A stretch of DNA of 64,000 nucleotides from a virus (taxonomy: Duplodnaviria; Caudoviricetes), in the IMG/VR virus record IMGVR_UViG_3300025502_001322, positions 1 to 64,000 of that record. One strand, 5' to 3'. The position numbers and the translations under genes are program-made. The notes beneath the pieces were generated by a model. The model saw only the letters and a program-made list of their open reading frames with translations. It did not search any database and was not told where the DNA came from. This document shows, in pieces, positions 47,333-56,525 of the stretch (positions within the stretch are counted from its first letter, which is position 1; the number at the start of each line of letters is the position of its first letter).

Positions 47333-48225
47333 TGGATGTCAAACTATTAGTTACAGACGGTAACGGTACATTTGCCGAAACGGTCTGGTCCAAGCCTGAA
47401 ATCACCGATACTGAGATAGAAGTTAAAGCCATTATGACTGGCGTGTGTCGTAGTGATATAGACATGATGACTGGTCAGTTTGGTCCGTTGCCGATACACA
47501 TGAGCGGGCACGAAGGCTTAGGGCAAGTTACTAAGATTGGTAAGCACGTTACAGACGTTAATGTTGGTGACATTGTCGCTACTCGTGGTGAACCTGCTTA
47601 TGCAGATTACTATAACGTAAAGCGCAACGAGTATGTGATTGTGCCAGAAGCAAGTCCGGACTACATATTAGAGCCCGTTGCATGCGGTATAAATGTTGTC
47701 GAACAGAACTTACAACAGATACAGTTACGCCAAGATGAGGGTTCAAGACTGCTTATCAAGGGCAGTGGCTTCCTAGCATATTGTGCATATACCACGTTAC
47801 AACAACGTAATGTAGACTTTGATATAGATGTTGTGGGCTCAAGTAACCAACATCTATGGGGCGACAAGTTACAGACTGCTCCTACTGGAGAGTACGATAT
47901 TATCATCGACCTTAAGGGTGACACTAAAACATTTACAGACCCCATATATAAAGAGAATGCGCTAATTATCGTAGGCTCCAACATGCAGGTTAATATGAAC
48001 TTAAACAACTTGTTATGGAAAGCAGTAACAGTAACATTCCCAAGTCCACGTAACCCCAACTTTATCAAATGTATGAAATTAGCAGAGGTATGGATATCAA
48101 AAGGTGTGTTAGAAGTTGACTCATTTTGGACAACCAGTTATAATAGACATACAGACTGGCAAAAAGCATTCGAAGATGGGGTCAACAGACCAGTAGGATA
48201 CAGCAGAGGATACATAGAATGGTAA
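47302..48225 (+). CDS. Zinc-dependent medium-chain dehydrogenase (no structural-Zn loop)
   Basis: GVCRSD, GHEGLG, VGDIV, EPVAC. Confidence 0.85.
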   Translation: MDTQTNSKLIMDVKLLVTDGNGTFAETVWSKPEITDTEIEVKAIMTGVCRSDIDMMTGQFGPLPIHMSGHEGLGQVTKIGKHVTDVNVGDIVATRGEPAYADYYNVKRNEYVIVPEASPDYILEPVACGINVVEQNLQQIQLRQDEGSRLLIKGSGFLAYCAYTTLQQRNVDFDIDVVGSSNQHLWGDKLQTAPTGEYDIIIDLKGDTKTFTDPIYKENALIIVGSNMQVNMNLNNLLWKAVTVTFPSPRNPNFIKCMKLAEVWISKGVLEVDSFWTTSYNRHTDWQKAFEDGVNRPVGYSRGYIEW

Positions 48226-48587
48226 AAGTTTTTTTACTTAGTGTTTTAGTTGTTTGTTGCAGTATCGCTAATGCACAAGAACTGCCAAATGCAGATCAGG
48301 AAACATTGGAAGATCCGGAAACATTGCATAAGCCTGTAGAGTGCTATTCTGCAGAGAGTATTGTTAAATTAACAGAAGAGAAGGGATTAATACTATTTTG
48401 GCAAGGTCCAAACTTAAAAGATAATTACCCAGATAACACAATAGTAGTAATGTTAGACCCCAACGCTAACGGCTGGGTGGTATTTGAAATGACTTTACAA
48501 GTCGCATGTATACTTGGCTACGGTCAAAGTTTTTGGTTGTTTGATCAACTGTATATGTTCTTAGACCCTTTACAGGAAACTGACTAA
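48219..48587 (+). CDS. Secreted hypothetical protein, paralog of 57..431
   Basis: Signal peptide; shared Cys/Trp pattern. Confidence 0.65.
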   Translation: MVKVFLLSVLVVCCSIANAQELPNADQETLEDPETLHKPVECYSAESIVKLTEEKGLILFWQGPNLKDNYPDNTIVVMLDPNANGWVVFEMTLQVACILGYGQSFWLFDQLYMFLDPLQETD

Positions 48588-49021
48588 TGGAAGAACAACG
48601 AGCAATGGCAGTGGCAGAGAAACTACTCAAGCAAGCAAATAATGCAAGCAAGATGATATGGGTAACTTTTCGTAAGGAAGGTATTCATTGCTATCCTGGT
48701 GCAGACACAGATCCTAAACTAGCAACAGGTGACTGGGACGATGTTAGTTTTTTAGGTGTACCACACAGACACATATTTCACTTTAAAGTCTGGATAGAAA
48801 TATTCCATGACGATAGAGACATAGAATTTATACAGTTTAAGCGTTGGCTACAACGTTTATATGAAAATAGCGTATTAGAGTTAGACCACAAGTCATGTGA
48901 AATGATATCTAATGATCTATTCTTGCAAATTGCAACTCGTTATCCAAGACGTAACATCTGGATTGACGTTAGTGAAGATGGCGAAAACGGAAGTTTCATA
49001 AAGTACCACAAGGAGAATTAA
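48587..49021 (+). CDS. QueD-like T-fold protein with LxxxHRHxF motif (DpdL candidate)
   Basis: FLGVPHRHIFHF, DRDIEF, SCEM, VSEDGENG C-terminus. Confidence 0.65.
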   Translation: MEEQRAMAVAEKLLKQANNASKMIWVTFRKEGIHCYPGADTDPKLATGDWDDVSFLGVPHRHIFHFKVWIEIFHDDRDIEFIQFKRWLQRLYENSVLELDHKSCEMISNDLFLQIATRYPRRNIWIDVSEDGENGSFIKYHKEN

Positions 49022-49022
49022 G

Positions 49023-49235
49023 ATGGCTAAGCCAAAAACAGGCATGACGCCCAAAGTAACACGTATTTTTGAAGATTTAGAGGCATACGCAGATTACTGC
49101 AGGATGCACTATTGCAAGTTTGACGAAGCAGATATGTATCGCAGAGGTACTAATTGGGAACGTATGCAAAACAAACTACAACGTGGGAATAGAAACGACA
49201 ACGGCAACTACAACTATAAGCAGAGGCGTCGTTGA
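49023..49235 (+). CDS. Small basic hypothetical protein
   Basis: 70 aa, AGGAG SD. Confidence 0.6.
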   Translation: MAKPKTGMTPKVTRIFEDLEAYADYCRMHYCKFDEADMYRRGTNWERMQNKLQRGNRNDNGNYNYKQRRR

Positions 49236-50320
49236 TATATCTAGTAGACCTAGAAGGTTTGGATACACGTTATACTAAACAATGGAAACACCATGTGCCA
49301 GATCTCCTACGGAGAGAACTGACGGAGGAAGTCACAGTAATTAGTGGTGGTGATACTCCACAGGCAACAACACCAGGTGCGTTCTTAAACTTTGGTGGTA
49401 CCAATGTGTACAAGTCTAAACAACTAGAACAGATAGGTGAATTATTTTGTGCTGGTAAAGTTAAAGACGGTGACTACTTCCTTTATACCGATGCTTGGAA
49501 CCCTACTGTTATACAGTTAAAGTATATGGCAGAGTTGTTGGGTGTCAACATAAAAATAGGTGGTATGTGGCATGCTGGTAGTTATGATCCAGAAGACTTT
49601 TTAGGAAGACTTATTGGTGACAAGCCTTGGGTCAGACATGCTGAAAAAAGTATGTACGAAGTGTTTGATCATAACTTCTTTGCTAGTGTGTTTCATATCA
49701 AAATGTTTCACAACACACTCAATTATCCTGAGCGTATTATATGGGCTGATGGAATGTTTAGTGATGGCAAGATAACTCGCACTGGTTGGCCCATGGAGTA
49801 TATGGTAGAAACTCTTGCGCCATACAGTAATTTAGAAAAACGAGACATAATACTTTTCCCACATCGTATTGCTCCAGAAAAACAACCAGAGATATTTAAA
49901 GACCTGCAAAAGTCCCTGCCACAATACAAGTTTGTGATGTGTCAAGAACAGCAACTTAGCAAAGACGAGTACCATACTTTATTAGGGTCGGCTAAAATTG
50001 TGTTTAGTGCTAACTTGCAAGAAACACTTGGTATAAGTTGGTATGAAGGCGCATTAGTTAATGCTGTTCCCATGGTGCCTGGCAGGCTAAGTTACAGTGA
50101 AATGGCTGTAGACAAATTTAAGTATCCAAGCGAATGGACTACTAACTGGGACAGTTACCAGAAACACAAGACTGATCTATGTGATGCCATTACTATAGTT
50201 ATGGAAAACCACAGTGACTATTTGCCAGCACTGGAACAACAATTAACGAAACTTAAAGACGAGTACTTTGGATGCAGTAAATTAATTTCAACTATTAGAG
50301 ACAGGAGCAAGCATGCGTAA
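49232..50320 (+). CDS. GT-B fold glycosyltransferase
   Basis: FPHRIAPEKQP and LQETLGISWYEG donor-binding motifs. Confidence 0.78.
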   Translation: MIYLVDLEGLDTRYTKQWKHHVPDLLRRELTEEVTVISGGDTPQATTPGAFLNFGGTNVYKSKQLEQIGELFCAGKVKDGDYFLYTDAWNPTVIQLKYMAELLGVNIKIGGMWHAGSYDPEDFLGRLIGDKPWVRHAEKSMYEVFDHNFFASVFHIKMFHNTLNYPERIIWADGMFSDGKITRTGWPMEYMVETLAPYSNLEKRDIILFPHRIAPEKQPEIFKDLQKSLPQYKFVMCQEQQLSKDEYHTLLGSAKIVFSANLQETLGISWYEGALVNAVPMVPGRLSYSEMAVDKFKYPSEWTTNWDSYQKHKTDLCDAITIVMENHSDYLPALEQQLTKLKDEYFGCSKLISTIRDRSKHA

Positions 50321-50879
50321 GAAATATTATTCATGGCGGGACGTTGAAACCATATGTACAGAGCTAGTTATAGACATGTATAAATCTAACTACAAGCCGG
50401 ACATCGTAGTTGGTCTCACACGTGGTGGTAATATCCCTGCTACTATTATTAGCAATATGTTAGATGTTCAATGCGAGTCACTAAAAATTAAACTACGAGA
50501 CAACAAGCCTGGTGAGGAGAACGAAACTAATTGTCAACTTGCACGACAAGCATTTGGGTATGTGTCGGAAACTGAACAAGTAGTATTGAAAACACGATGG
50601 GATATCTCACAACGAAAAAACATTCTTATTGTGGACGACATTAATGATTCTGGTGCTACATTTAATTACCTTAAACATCAGTGGCAACAATGTTGTTACC
50701 CTGAGGAATCCAGTTGGGGGACTGTCTGGGAACACAATGTTAGGTTTGCAGTACTAACGGAAAACTTGTCTAGTAATTTCCAACACGTCAGCTATCACGG
50801 CGACGAAGTAAATAAAATGGAAGAAGATATTTGGTTAGTTTACCCTTGGGAAAACGTAGGTCGATATGGAAACGTATGA
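50313..50879 (+). CDS. Type I purine phosphoribosyltransferase (Gpt/Hpt-like)
   Basis: VGLTRGG, ILIVDDINDSGAT PRPP loop, WLVYPWE. Confidence 0.88.
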   Translation: MRKKYYSWRDVETICTELVIDMYKSNYKPDIVVGLTRGGNIPATIISNMLDVQCESLKIKLRDNKPGEENETNCQLARQAFGYVSETEQVVLKTRWDISQRKNILIVDDINDSGATFNYLKHQWQQCCYPEESSWGTVWEHNVRFAVLTENLSSNFQHVSYHGDEVNKMEEDIWLVYPWENVGRYGNV

Positions 50880-51486
50880 TGAGGACGTCAGTCCCTGGCA
50901 ACCTATACGTGATTTCGAACAGGAACTAGCCGCATACACTGGCGCACCTTACGCAGTAACAACTGATAGATGCACCCACGCAATAGAAATAGCACTTAGA
51001 TTACGACCACCCACAGAACCTGTTAGATTTACAGCATTTACCTATGTGAGTGTTGTGATGACCATGCACAAACTCGACATAGCTTACGAGTTGATAGACG
51101 AGCAATGGCGTGGCAAATATCAATTTCATAACACTAATATATGGGACTGTGCTAGGTTCTTAGAGCGTGACATGTACGAACCAGGACAAACCCAATGTTT
51201 AAGTTTTGGTAGGACCAAACCACTACCATTGGGCTTTGGTGGTGCTATATTAACTGACGACAAAGAGCTATACGAACGTGCAAGCCGCATGCGTTACGAT
51301 GGCAGAGACTTGTTTAGTCACCAAAAGTGGTCAGAACAAACAGACTGGGAGCCAGGCTTCCATTACTATATGACTCCAGAACAGTGCGAAGTAGCAGGCT
51401 TCCGTCTGGTCAACGAACTCTTAACAATTCAAGAAGATCACCATTACAACTACCCAGACTGTAGACAACTTAATATTAAACATTGA
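50866..51486 (+). CDS. DegT/DnrJ/EryC1/StrS-like PLP aminotransferase, N-terminal domain only
   Basis: FEQELAAY, CTHAI, DCA, SFGRTK (PLP lysine), GGAILTDD; only 206 aa. Confidence 0.75.
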   Translation: METYDEDVSPWQPIRDFEQELAAYTGAPYAVTTDRCTHAIEIALRLRPPTEPVRFTAFTYVSVVMTMHKLDIAYELIDEQWRGKYQFHNTNIWDCARFLERDMYEPGQTQCLSFGRTKPLPLGFGGAILTDDKELYERASRMRYDGRDLFSHQKWSEQTDWEPGFHYYMTPEQCEVAGFRLVNELLTIQEDHHYNYPDCRQLNIKH

Positions 51487-51511
51487 CTTGATTATCTAAA
51501 TATCGTATAAT
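51483..51511 (+). promoter_or_regulatory. sigma70-type promoter for folE
   Basis: TTGACT-17 nt-TATAAT. Confidence 0.75.
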
Positions 51512-51554
51512 ACAACATTAAAGAGACTCCCCCTCTTGTTAACTCGGAGATACA

Positions 51555-52235
51555 ATGAAACTATCAACAGCAGAAGTAATTAGACAACGTCTTAAAGTCG
51601 CAGGTGTTAGATTCCATTCTAACGACAATATCAGTGAATATATTAAAGAAGGTGAACTAGACAGTCTTCAAACAGAAGTACAAGATGCAATGCAGAATGT
51701 ATTAGATGCACTCGTTATTGACACAGACAATGACCACAACACACAGGAAACTGCTAAACGTGTTGCTAAGATGTTTGTACATGAAACTTTCAATGGTAGG
51801 TATGTGCCTCGTCCAAGAATAACAAGTTTTCCCAACATGGGTTACAAGAGTTTGTATGTAAGCGGTCCCATTAGCGTTAGGTCAACTTGCGCACATCACT
51901 TTCAGAATATTGTAGGTAAGTGTTGGATTGGTGTACTGCCAGAAGATGAAGTTATCGGACTAAGCAAGTTTAATCGTCTTGTGCATCACATTGCAGAGCG
52001 TCCTCAAATACAGGAAGAGATGACCACACAGATTGCAGAAGAATTAATTAAGTATGCAAAGACTCCTAACATTGCTGTTATAGTTAAAGCAGAACATCAC
52101 TGTATGACTCATAGAGGTGTTAAAGAACATGAGTCAGATATGACTACTGCTATTATGCGTGGTGCGTTTGATGATCATGCTCCTCTTAAGAAAGAGTTTT
52201 ACGATATCGTTATGAACATGAAGGGTCATAGATAA
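51555..52235 (+). CDS. folE: GTP cyclohydrolase I
   Basis: ET..RVAKM, STCAHH, GLSK, RPQIQE, HHCM..RG. Confidence 0.95.
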   Translation: MKLSTAEVIRQRLKVAGVRFHSNDNISEYIKEGELDSLQTEVQDAMQNVLDALVIDTDNDHNTQETAKRVAKMFVHETFNGRYVPRPRITSFPNMGYKSLYVSGPISVRSTCAHHFQNIVGKCWIGVLPEDEVIGLSKFNRLVHHIAERPQIQEEMTTQIAEELIKYAKTPNIAVIVKAEHHCMTHRGVKEHESDMTTAIMRGAFDDHAPLKKEFYDIVMNMKGHR

Positions 52236-52250
52236 CCTCTATTACTGTAG

Positions 52251-53036
52251 ATGTATAAACGAGCAATCATAACACTAAGTCATATTGAACGTGTTACAGA
52301 CACCATAGACGTAGAGTTTAAATTAAACAACCACAGTTATGCACAGAAGTGGGCAGAGTGTATAAAAACTATTGAAGGTCCCCCCAACGACTTTGGCTTC
52401 CCTAGACGATTAGAAGAAGATCCTGACATATATAAAGCGAGGATTAGCACACATATAGAATCCATTCCTGAATTAGACTTTAGTGTGATTAATCAAGACT
52501 CAGTCAATGCAATACACAGGTACATAGAAGACAATCACAAACAAGCAGACAAACTATTAACACTACACAACGACATACACTATTTGGAGAGTTTATGGGA
52601 AGGGCCAAGAGAAGTAGTGTTTAAAAAGGTACAGTGGGTTCCGCCAGGTAAGAGAATTAAAATGGAGCCAGATGATTACAAGTGTTATACAACTGAACCT
52701 TGTGAGAATTACCTAGAAGCAGACTTTAGTCATGTAGGCAGAACACCACACAATACTTGGTACTACAAAGATGACACAAGTTTGTCAACAAGTTGTCGTA
52801 TACAGGAAGACGTTACTAGTGGTTGTATGTGGTGGTTTACAGACAACAGTCATATATACGAAAACAGACACGGGTTTGTGGAATGGTTTTATCAACACCA
52901 AGCATACTTCCTTCGTAAATATAATATAAATTGGCCACATGATCCACGTGTGTGTTATGGTAGAGTCATACTTGCAACTGCTAAAGAGTTGCCAGGCCCA
53001 GAGTGGGACTTTGTTCAACAATTAAGAGTAGAATGA
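52251..53036 (+). CDS. Hypothetical protein
   Basis: 261-aa ORF between folE and queE. Confidence 0.55.
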   Translation: MYKRAIITLSHIERVTDTIDVEFKLNNHSYAQKWAECIKTIEGPPNDFGFPRRLEEDPDIYKARISTHIESIPELDFSVINQDSVNAIHRYIEDNHKQADKLLTLHNDIHYLESLWEGPREVVFKKVQWVPPGKRIKMEPDDYKCYTTEPCENYLEADFSHVGRTPHNTWYYKDDTSLSTSCRIQEDVTSGCMWWFTDNSHIYENRHGFVEWFYQHQAYFLRKYNINWPHDPRVCYGRVILATAKELPGPEWDFVQQLRVE

Positions 53037-54373
53037 AATATCTAATACGTTATAACCCTATAGCAGATTGTGATCCAGAATACCAAGAGCGTATCAAGGA
53101 CATTGCACAGTTTCATCAACAGTTGCCGTTCGATACTGACTTTCAGGTATTAGAAAGTTCTGATTTAGACCAAGCATTTGCAGAAGTATCGGCAGATTCT
53201 GAATGGGTCGTTGTTGTTAGTCTTGGGCACTGTAGTCAAGACAGAAACATGTACGACAAAGCCATTGCCGTTTGCAAAGAAAATAATGTAAAATTAATGT
53301 GCCACCTACTGGACTTTAAAGATCAGTACATACATTTCCATCCGCAGTTTTTTGTCATACACTACCCAAGTTGGATTAAGGCGGGGAGACCTCGCTTTGG
53401 CTACGATGGCGAGGAGCAACAGTTTACAGGACTCGATTATATTCCCAGTAAAGACACGTATCACGATGATTACACACCTGTTAGCCTTAGACCTGGGTTG
53501 CGACGGCGAACATTTCAAGTTCATGAAATGCAAACTGGTGCTTGGGTAATTAAAAACTTCTTAGACAAGGGGTTTAGTATTATTAACGTAACACAAAAAC
53601 TAAGAGATAATACGTTTCACTTATATCCAGACATAGAGTCCGACGAGTTTTATAATTTTTTAAAGACAGGTGAATATACTGGGTCACAGTCAAGTCAGGA
53701 GTGGTATGTTGGGCTTATTAAACATCTAGCACGTAACGTAAAACACCAGTTCTATCCTCTTAACACAGAACCTGTTGGTAATGACAAGATCGATTTTAGT
53801 ATAAACAACTTCATATGTGTAGCAAGCGGCTTAAAACCTTGGTTACTACCAATGTATTATGCTAACGAAACAGACCCTTTGAGTATTAATTTTTGCGATT
53901 TTTCAGATGCCGCGGTGCAATTTCAACAGCATTTAAGCACTTGGTCGGGCGAAGTTGGAACCTTTAATGCAACTGTACAGCAATTTCTTAAAGAACACCC
54001 TGAGTTTGAGAGTTGTGATCCTCCAGGCGCATACGACACCGAGCTTGTTCGACAGTTAACTAATATTAACATAGCCCCTAAGGTTTTTCAGGCTGTCTGG
54101 AGTCAGATACCCAAGGATCAGCCATGCAGTTTATTAAATTTGTATACCGAAGAAGGACAGGATCAGATAATTAACATAGTTGCCAACAATGATACCACAT
54201 ACGTGTGGTTAAGCAATGCATTCTATATGGAGTATGCATTAGTTACTGTTGGTAAAAAGAAGGTATACGAATATAGACAACGTCTTATAGATGGGCTAAC
54301 CGCAACTGGTAAGCGTTTTGTGTTAGACTTGATGGATCCTTGGCAACAAGGACCGGTAACCTTCAATGACTAA
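53003..54373 (+). CDS. Hypothetical protein
   Basis: 456-aa ORF; WLSNAF motif. Confidence 0.55.
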   Translation: MGLCSTIKSRMKYLIRYNPIADCDPEYQERIKDIAQFHQQLPFDTDFQVLESSDLDQAFAEVSADSEWVVVVSLGHCSQDRNMYDKAIAVCKENNVKLMCHLLDFKDQYIHFHPQFFVIHYPSWIKAGRPRFGYDGEEQQFTGLDYIPSKDTYHDDYTPVSLRPGLRRRTFQVHEMQTGAWVIKNFLDKGFSIINVTQKLRDNTFHLYPDIESDEFYNFLKTGEYTGSQSSQEWYVGLIKHLARNVKHQFYPLNTEPVGNDKIDFSINNFICVASGLKPWLLPMYYANETDPLSINFCDFSDAAVQFQQHLSTWSGEVGTFNATVQQFLKEHPEFESCDPPGAYDTELVRQLTNINIAPKVFQAVWSQIPKDQPCSLLNLYTEEGQDQIINIVANNDTTYVWLSNAFYMEYALVTVGKKKVYEYRQRLIDGLTATGKRFVLDLMDPWQQGPVTFND

Positions 54374-55048
54374 TTGTCGAAAACGTTCAGCAACTCTATA
54401 ATCGTCTGGGTAACCATGTATAATCATATGATATCTATCATGTTCACTGTCATTAAAAACAGCATGTTCAAAGTTGTTGGCAAAAAGAAATATACTACCC
54501 ATTTGATTGAATGGTACAGTACCTTGGTCTTTAACTACCAATTTGCAGCCGTCAGGATTCCATAAACTTATGTTTACTGCATTTAATCCGTATGTGTTGC
54601 CGTCAGTATGTGGTAAAATATATCCGCCCGGCTTAACCTTCATAAAACGAACACGGTGATAAACATCATATGGAAAGTGTTGTGCTAACCACAGTTTCGT
54701 ATAAGGAGCATCTATGTCTGTCCAGTCATATGGTACATTTCTATTTGACAAATCCTTGTATTCCGTATATAATTCATAATGATCCGTATAACTTTGACTA
54801 ATACCATGAACACAAACACTGGACCAACCGCTACTGTCGTTATCCCTATGTTCGTGATAAGTAGCACGTTCGGCTTCTGCATGCAACACCGGCCATTGTG
54901 CATGAATATAAAGAGGAATATAGGGCAGGTTACTTTCTGTCACAATCCATTCGTAGTCAGCATCTCTAGGAAGTTGACTAACGTCAGGACTGCAATCAGA
55001 ATTACTAGCAATAAATGTTTCGAGTTTGTCCACAAAATTATTTACCAT
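54323..55048 (-). CDS. Aspartyl/asparaginyl beta-hydroxylase-like 2OG-Fe(II) oxygenase
   Basis: RVRFM...PGG.I.PHTD, EHAV.N....R.HMI. Confidence 0.75.
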   Translation of the reverse strand: MVNNFVDKLETFIASNSDCSPDVSQLPRDADYEWIVTESNLPYIPLYIHAQWPVLHAEAERATYHEHRDNDSSGWSSVCVHGISQSYTDHYELYTEYKDLSNRNVPYDWTDIDAPYTKLWLAQHFPYDVYHRVRFMKVKPGGYILPHTDGNTYGLNAVNISLWNPDGCKLVVKDQGTVPFNQMGSIFLFANNFEHAVFNDSEHDRYHMIIHGYPDDYRVAERFRQLVIEGYRSLLPRIHQV

Positions 55049-55082
55049 AATACAAGTAGTCTAGATATAAGCAGAGGTTAAA

Positions 55083-55958
55083 ATGAAATTTAAAGTAAGT
55101 GAAATATTTTACAGTCTACAGGGAGAGGGGAGATTTGTAGGAGTACCCAGTGTATTCTTAAGACTGTTTGGGTGTAACTTCGAATGTCCAGGTTTCGGTT
55201 TGCCTAAAGGTAAGAAGACTGAAGAAGTCGACAACATAATTAAACTGGTAGAACAAGATCCCGACAAGTACAAACGACTAGAAGACCTTCCACTTGTTAC
55301 AACAGGCTGTGATAGTTATGCAAGTTGGCATCCAAAGTTTAAAAAGTATTCGCCAACTTATGACATAGACACACTTGTTGGTAAATTAACCGACTTACTC
55401 CCTAATAACACATGGCGACAAGATAATGGATCAGACATACACCTAGTTGTTACTGGTGGAGAACCATTATTAGGCTGGCAACGTATATACTCGCACTTAC
55501 TAGAACATGACAAAATGAGTAACTTGCAGAATATAACGTTTGAGACAAACGGCACACAAAAGTTACATGATGACTTTAAGGCATTCTTTCACACATGGAA
55601 GAATGATTATCATAACTACCACAACTTAACATTTAGTGTTAGTCCTAAACTAAGTGCTAGTGGTGAAGCGTGGGACGATGCTATCATGCCAGAAGTAGTT
55701 GCTGAGTATAACTGGATAGGCAACACGTATTTGAAGTTTGTAGTAGAGAATGATGAACACATGGCTGAAGTAGATGAAGCTGTTAATGCATATCGTAAAG
55801 CAGGAGTAAACGGTAACGTTTATATTATGCCTGTTGGTGGGGTAGCAGAAGCATATAATCAAAATAACAAACGGGTAGCCGAATATGCACTAAGTAAAGG
55901 TTACAGATACAGTCCCAGATTGCACGTAGATATCTGGGGCAACAGTTGGAGTACTTAA
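55083..55958 (+). CDS. queE: 7-carboxy-7-deazaguanine synthase (radical SAM)
   Basis: EIFYSLQGEG, FLRLFGCNFEC...GCDS, TGGEP, ETNGT, VSPK, RLH..IWG. Confidence 0.88.
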   Translation: MKFKVSEIFYSLQGEGRFVGVPSVFLRLFGCNFECPGFGLPKGKKTEEVDNIIKLVEQDPDKYKRLEDLPLVTTGCDSYASWHPKFKKYSPTYDIDTLVGKLTDLLPNNTWRQDNGSDIHLVVTGGEPLLGWQRIYSHLLEHDKMSNLQNITFETNGTQKLHDDFKAFFHTWKNDYHNYHNLTFSVSPKLSASGEAWDDAIMPEVVAEYNWIGNTYLKFVVENDEHMAEVDEAVNAYRKAGVNGNVYIMPVGGVAEAYNQNNKRVAEYALSKGYRYSPRLHVDIWGNSWST

Positions 55959-56332
55959 TGATTGATAAAATTAAAAACTTTTTTAAGAAAAACGAAGAGC
56001 CTGCACCTAGGCAACAACGCAAGTCTAAAAAGTCTGACAAAGACATAGCAACCGAAAAGAAAGAACCTTGGGTCAGCGTATTACAAGTTGAGCTTGATCC
56101 TGATAATATAGGTAACGGTAGTTTTGAACTAGACTGGAACGATTTCTTTGTTGCTAAACTTGTTAGGTCGGGCTACCCTGGCAAAACAGATCAAGACATT
56201 GTTGATAACTGGTTTCAAGATGTATGCAGGCATATTGTACTAGAGACACATCAACAGTATGATGCTAATGTTAGCCGTGCTGACAGAGTTAATAAAAAAG
56301 ACTTAGGTGACGGTAGGTCAGAATATAATTAA
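55946..56332 (+). CDS. Hypothetical phage protein
   Basis: 128 aa. Confidence 0.6.
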   Translation: MEYLMIDKIKNFFKKNEEPAPRQQRKSKKSDKDIATEKKEPWVSVLQVELDPDNIGNGSFELDWNDFFVAKLVRSGYPGKTDQDIVDNWFQDVCRHIVLETHQQYDANVSRADRVNKKDLGDGRSEYN

Positions 56333-56525
56333 CATGGGTATGGTGACACGACATCATGATGTAGAAAAAACACCATGGGAAGAATGGTTTGCGTGGAGAC
56401 CAGTTATGACGTTAGACGGAGAAACTATCTGGTGTCGTAAGTGTTACAGAAGATATGTAAAGTTCTATCATGGAGTTAACCCTAATCGCTGGCAATACGC
56501 CAATATTTTTACAATACTAAAATGA
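56307..56525 (+). CDS. Hypothetical protein
   Basis: W..WFAWRPV motif; start uncertain. Confidence 0.5.
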   Translation: MTVGQNIINMGMVTRHHDVEKTPWEEWFAWRPVMTLDGETIWCRKCYRRYVKFYHGVNPNRWQYANIFTILK

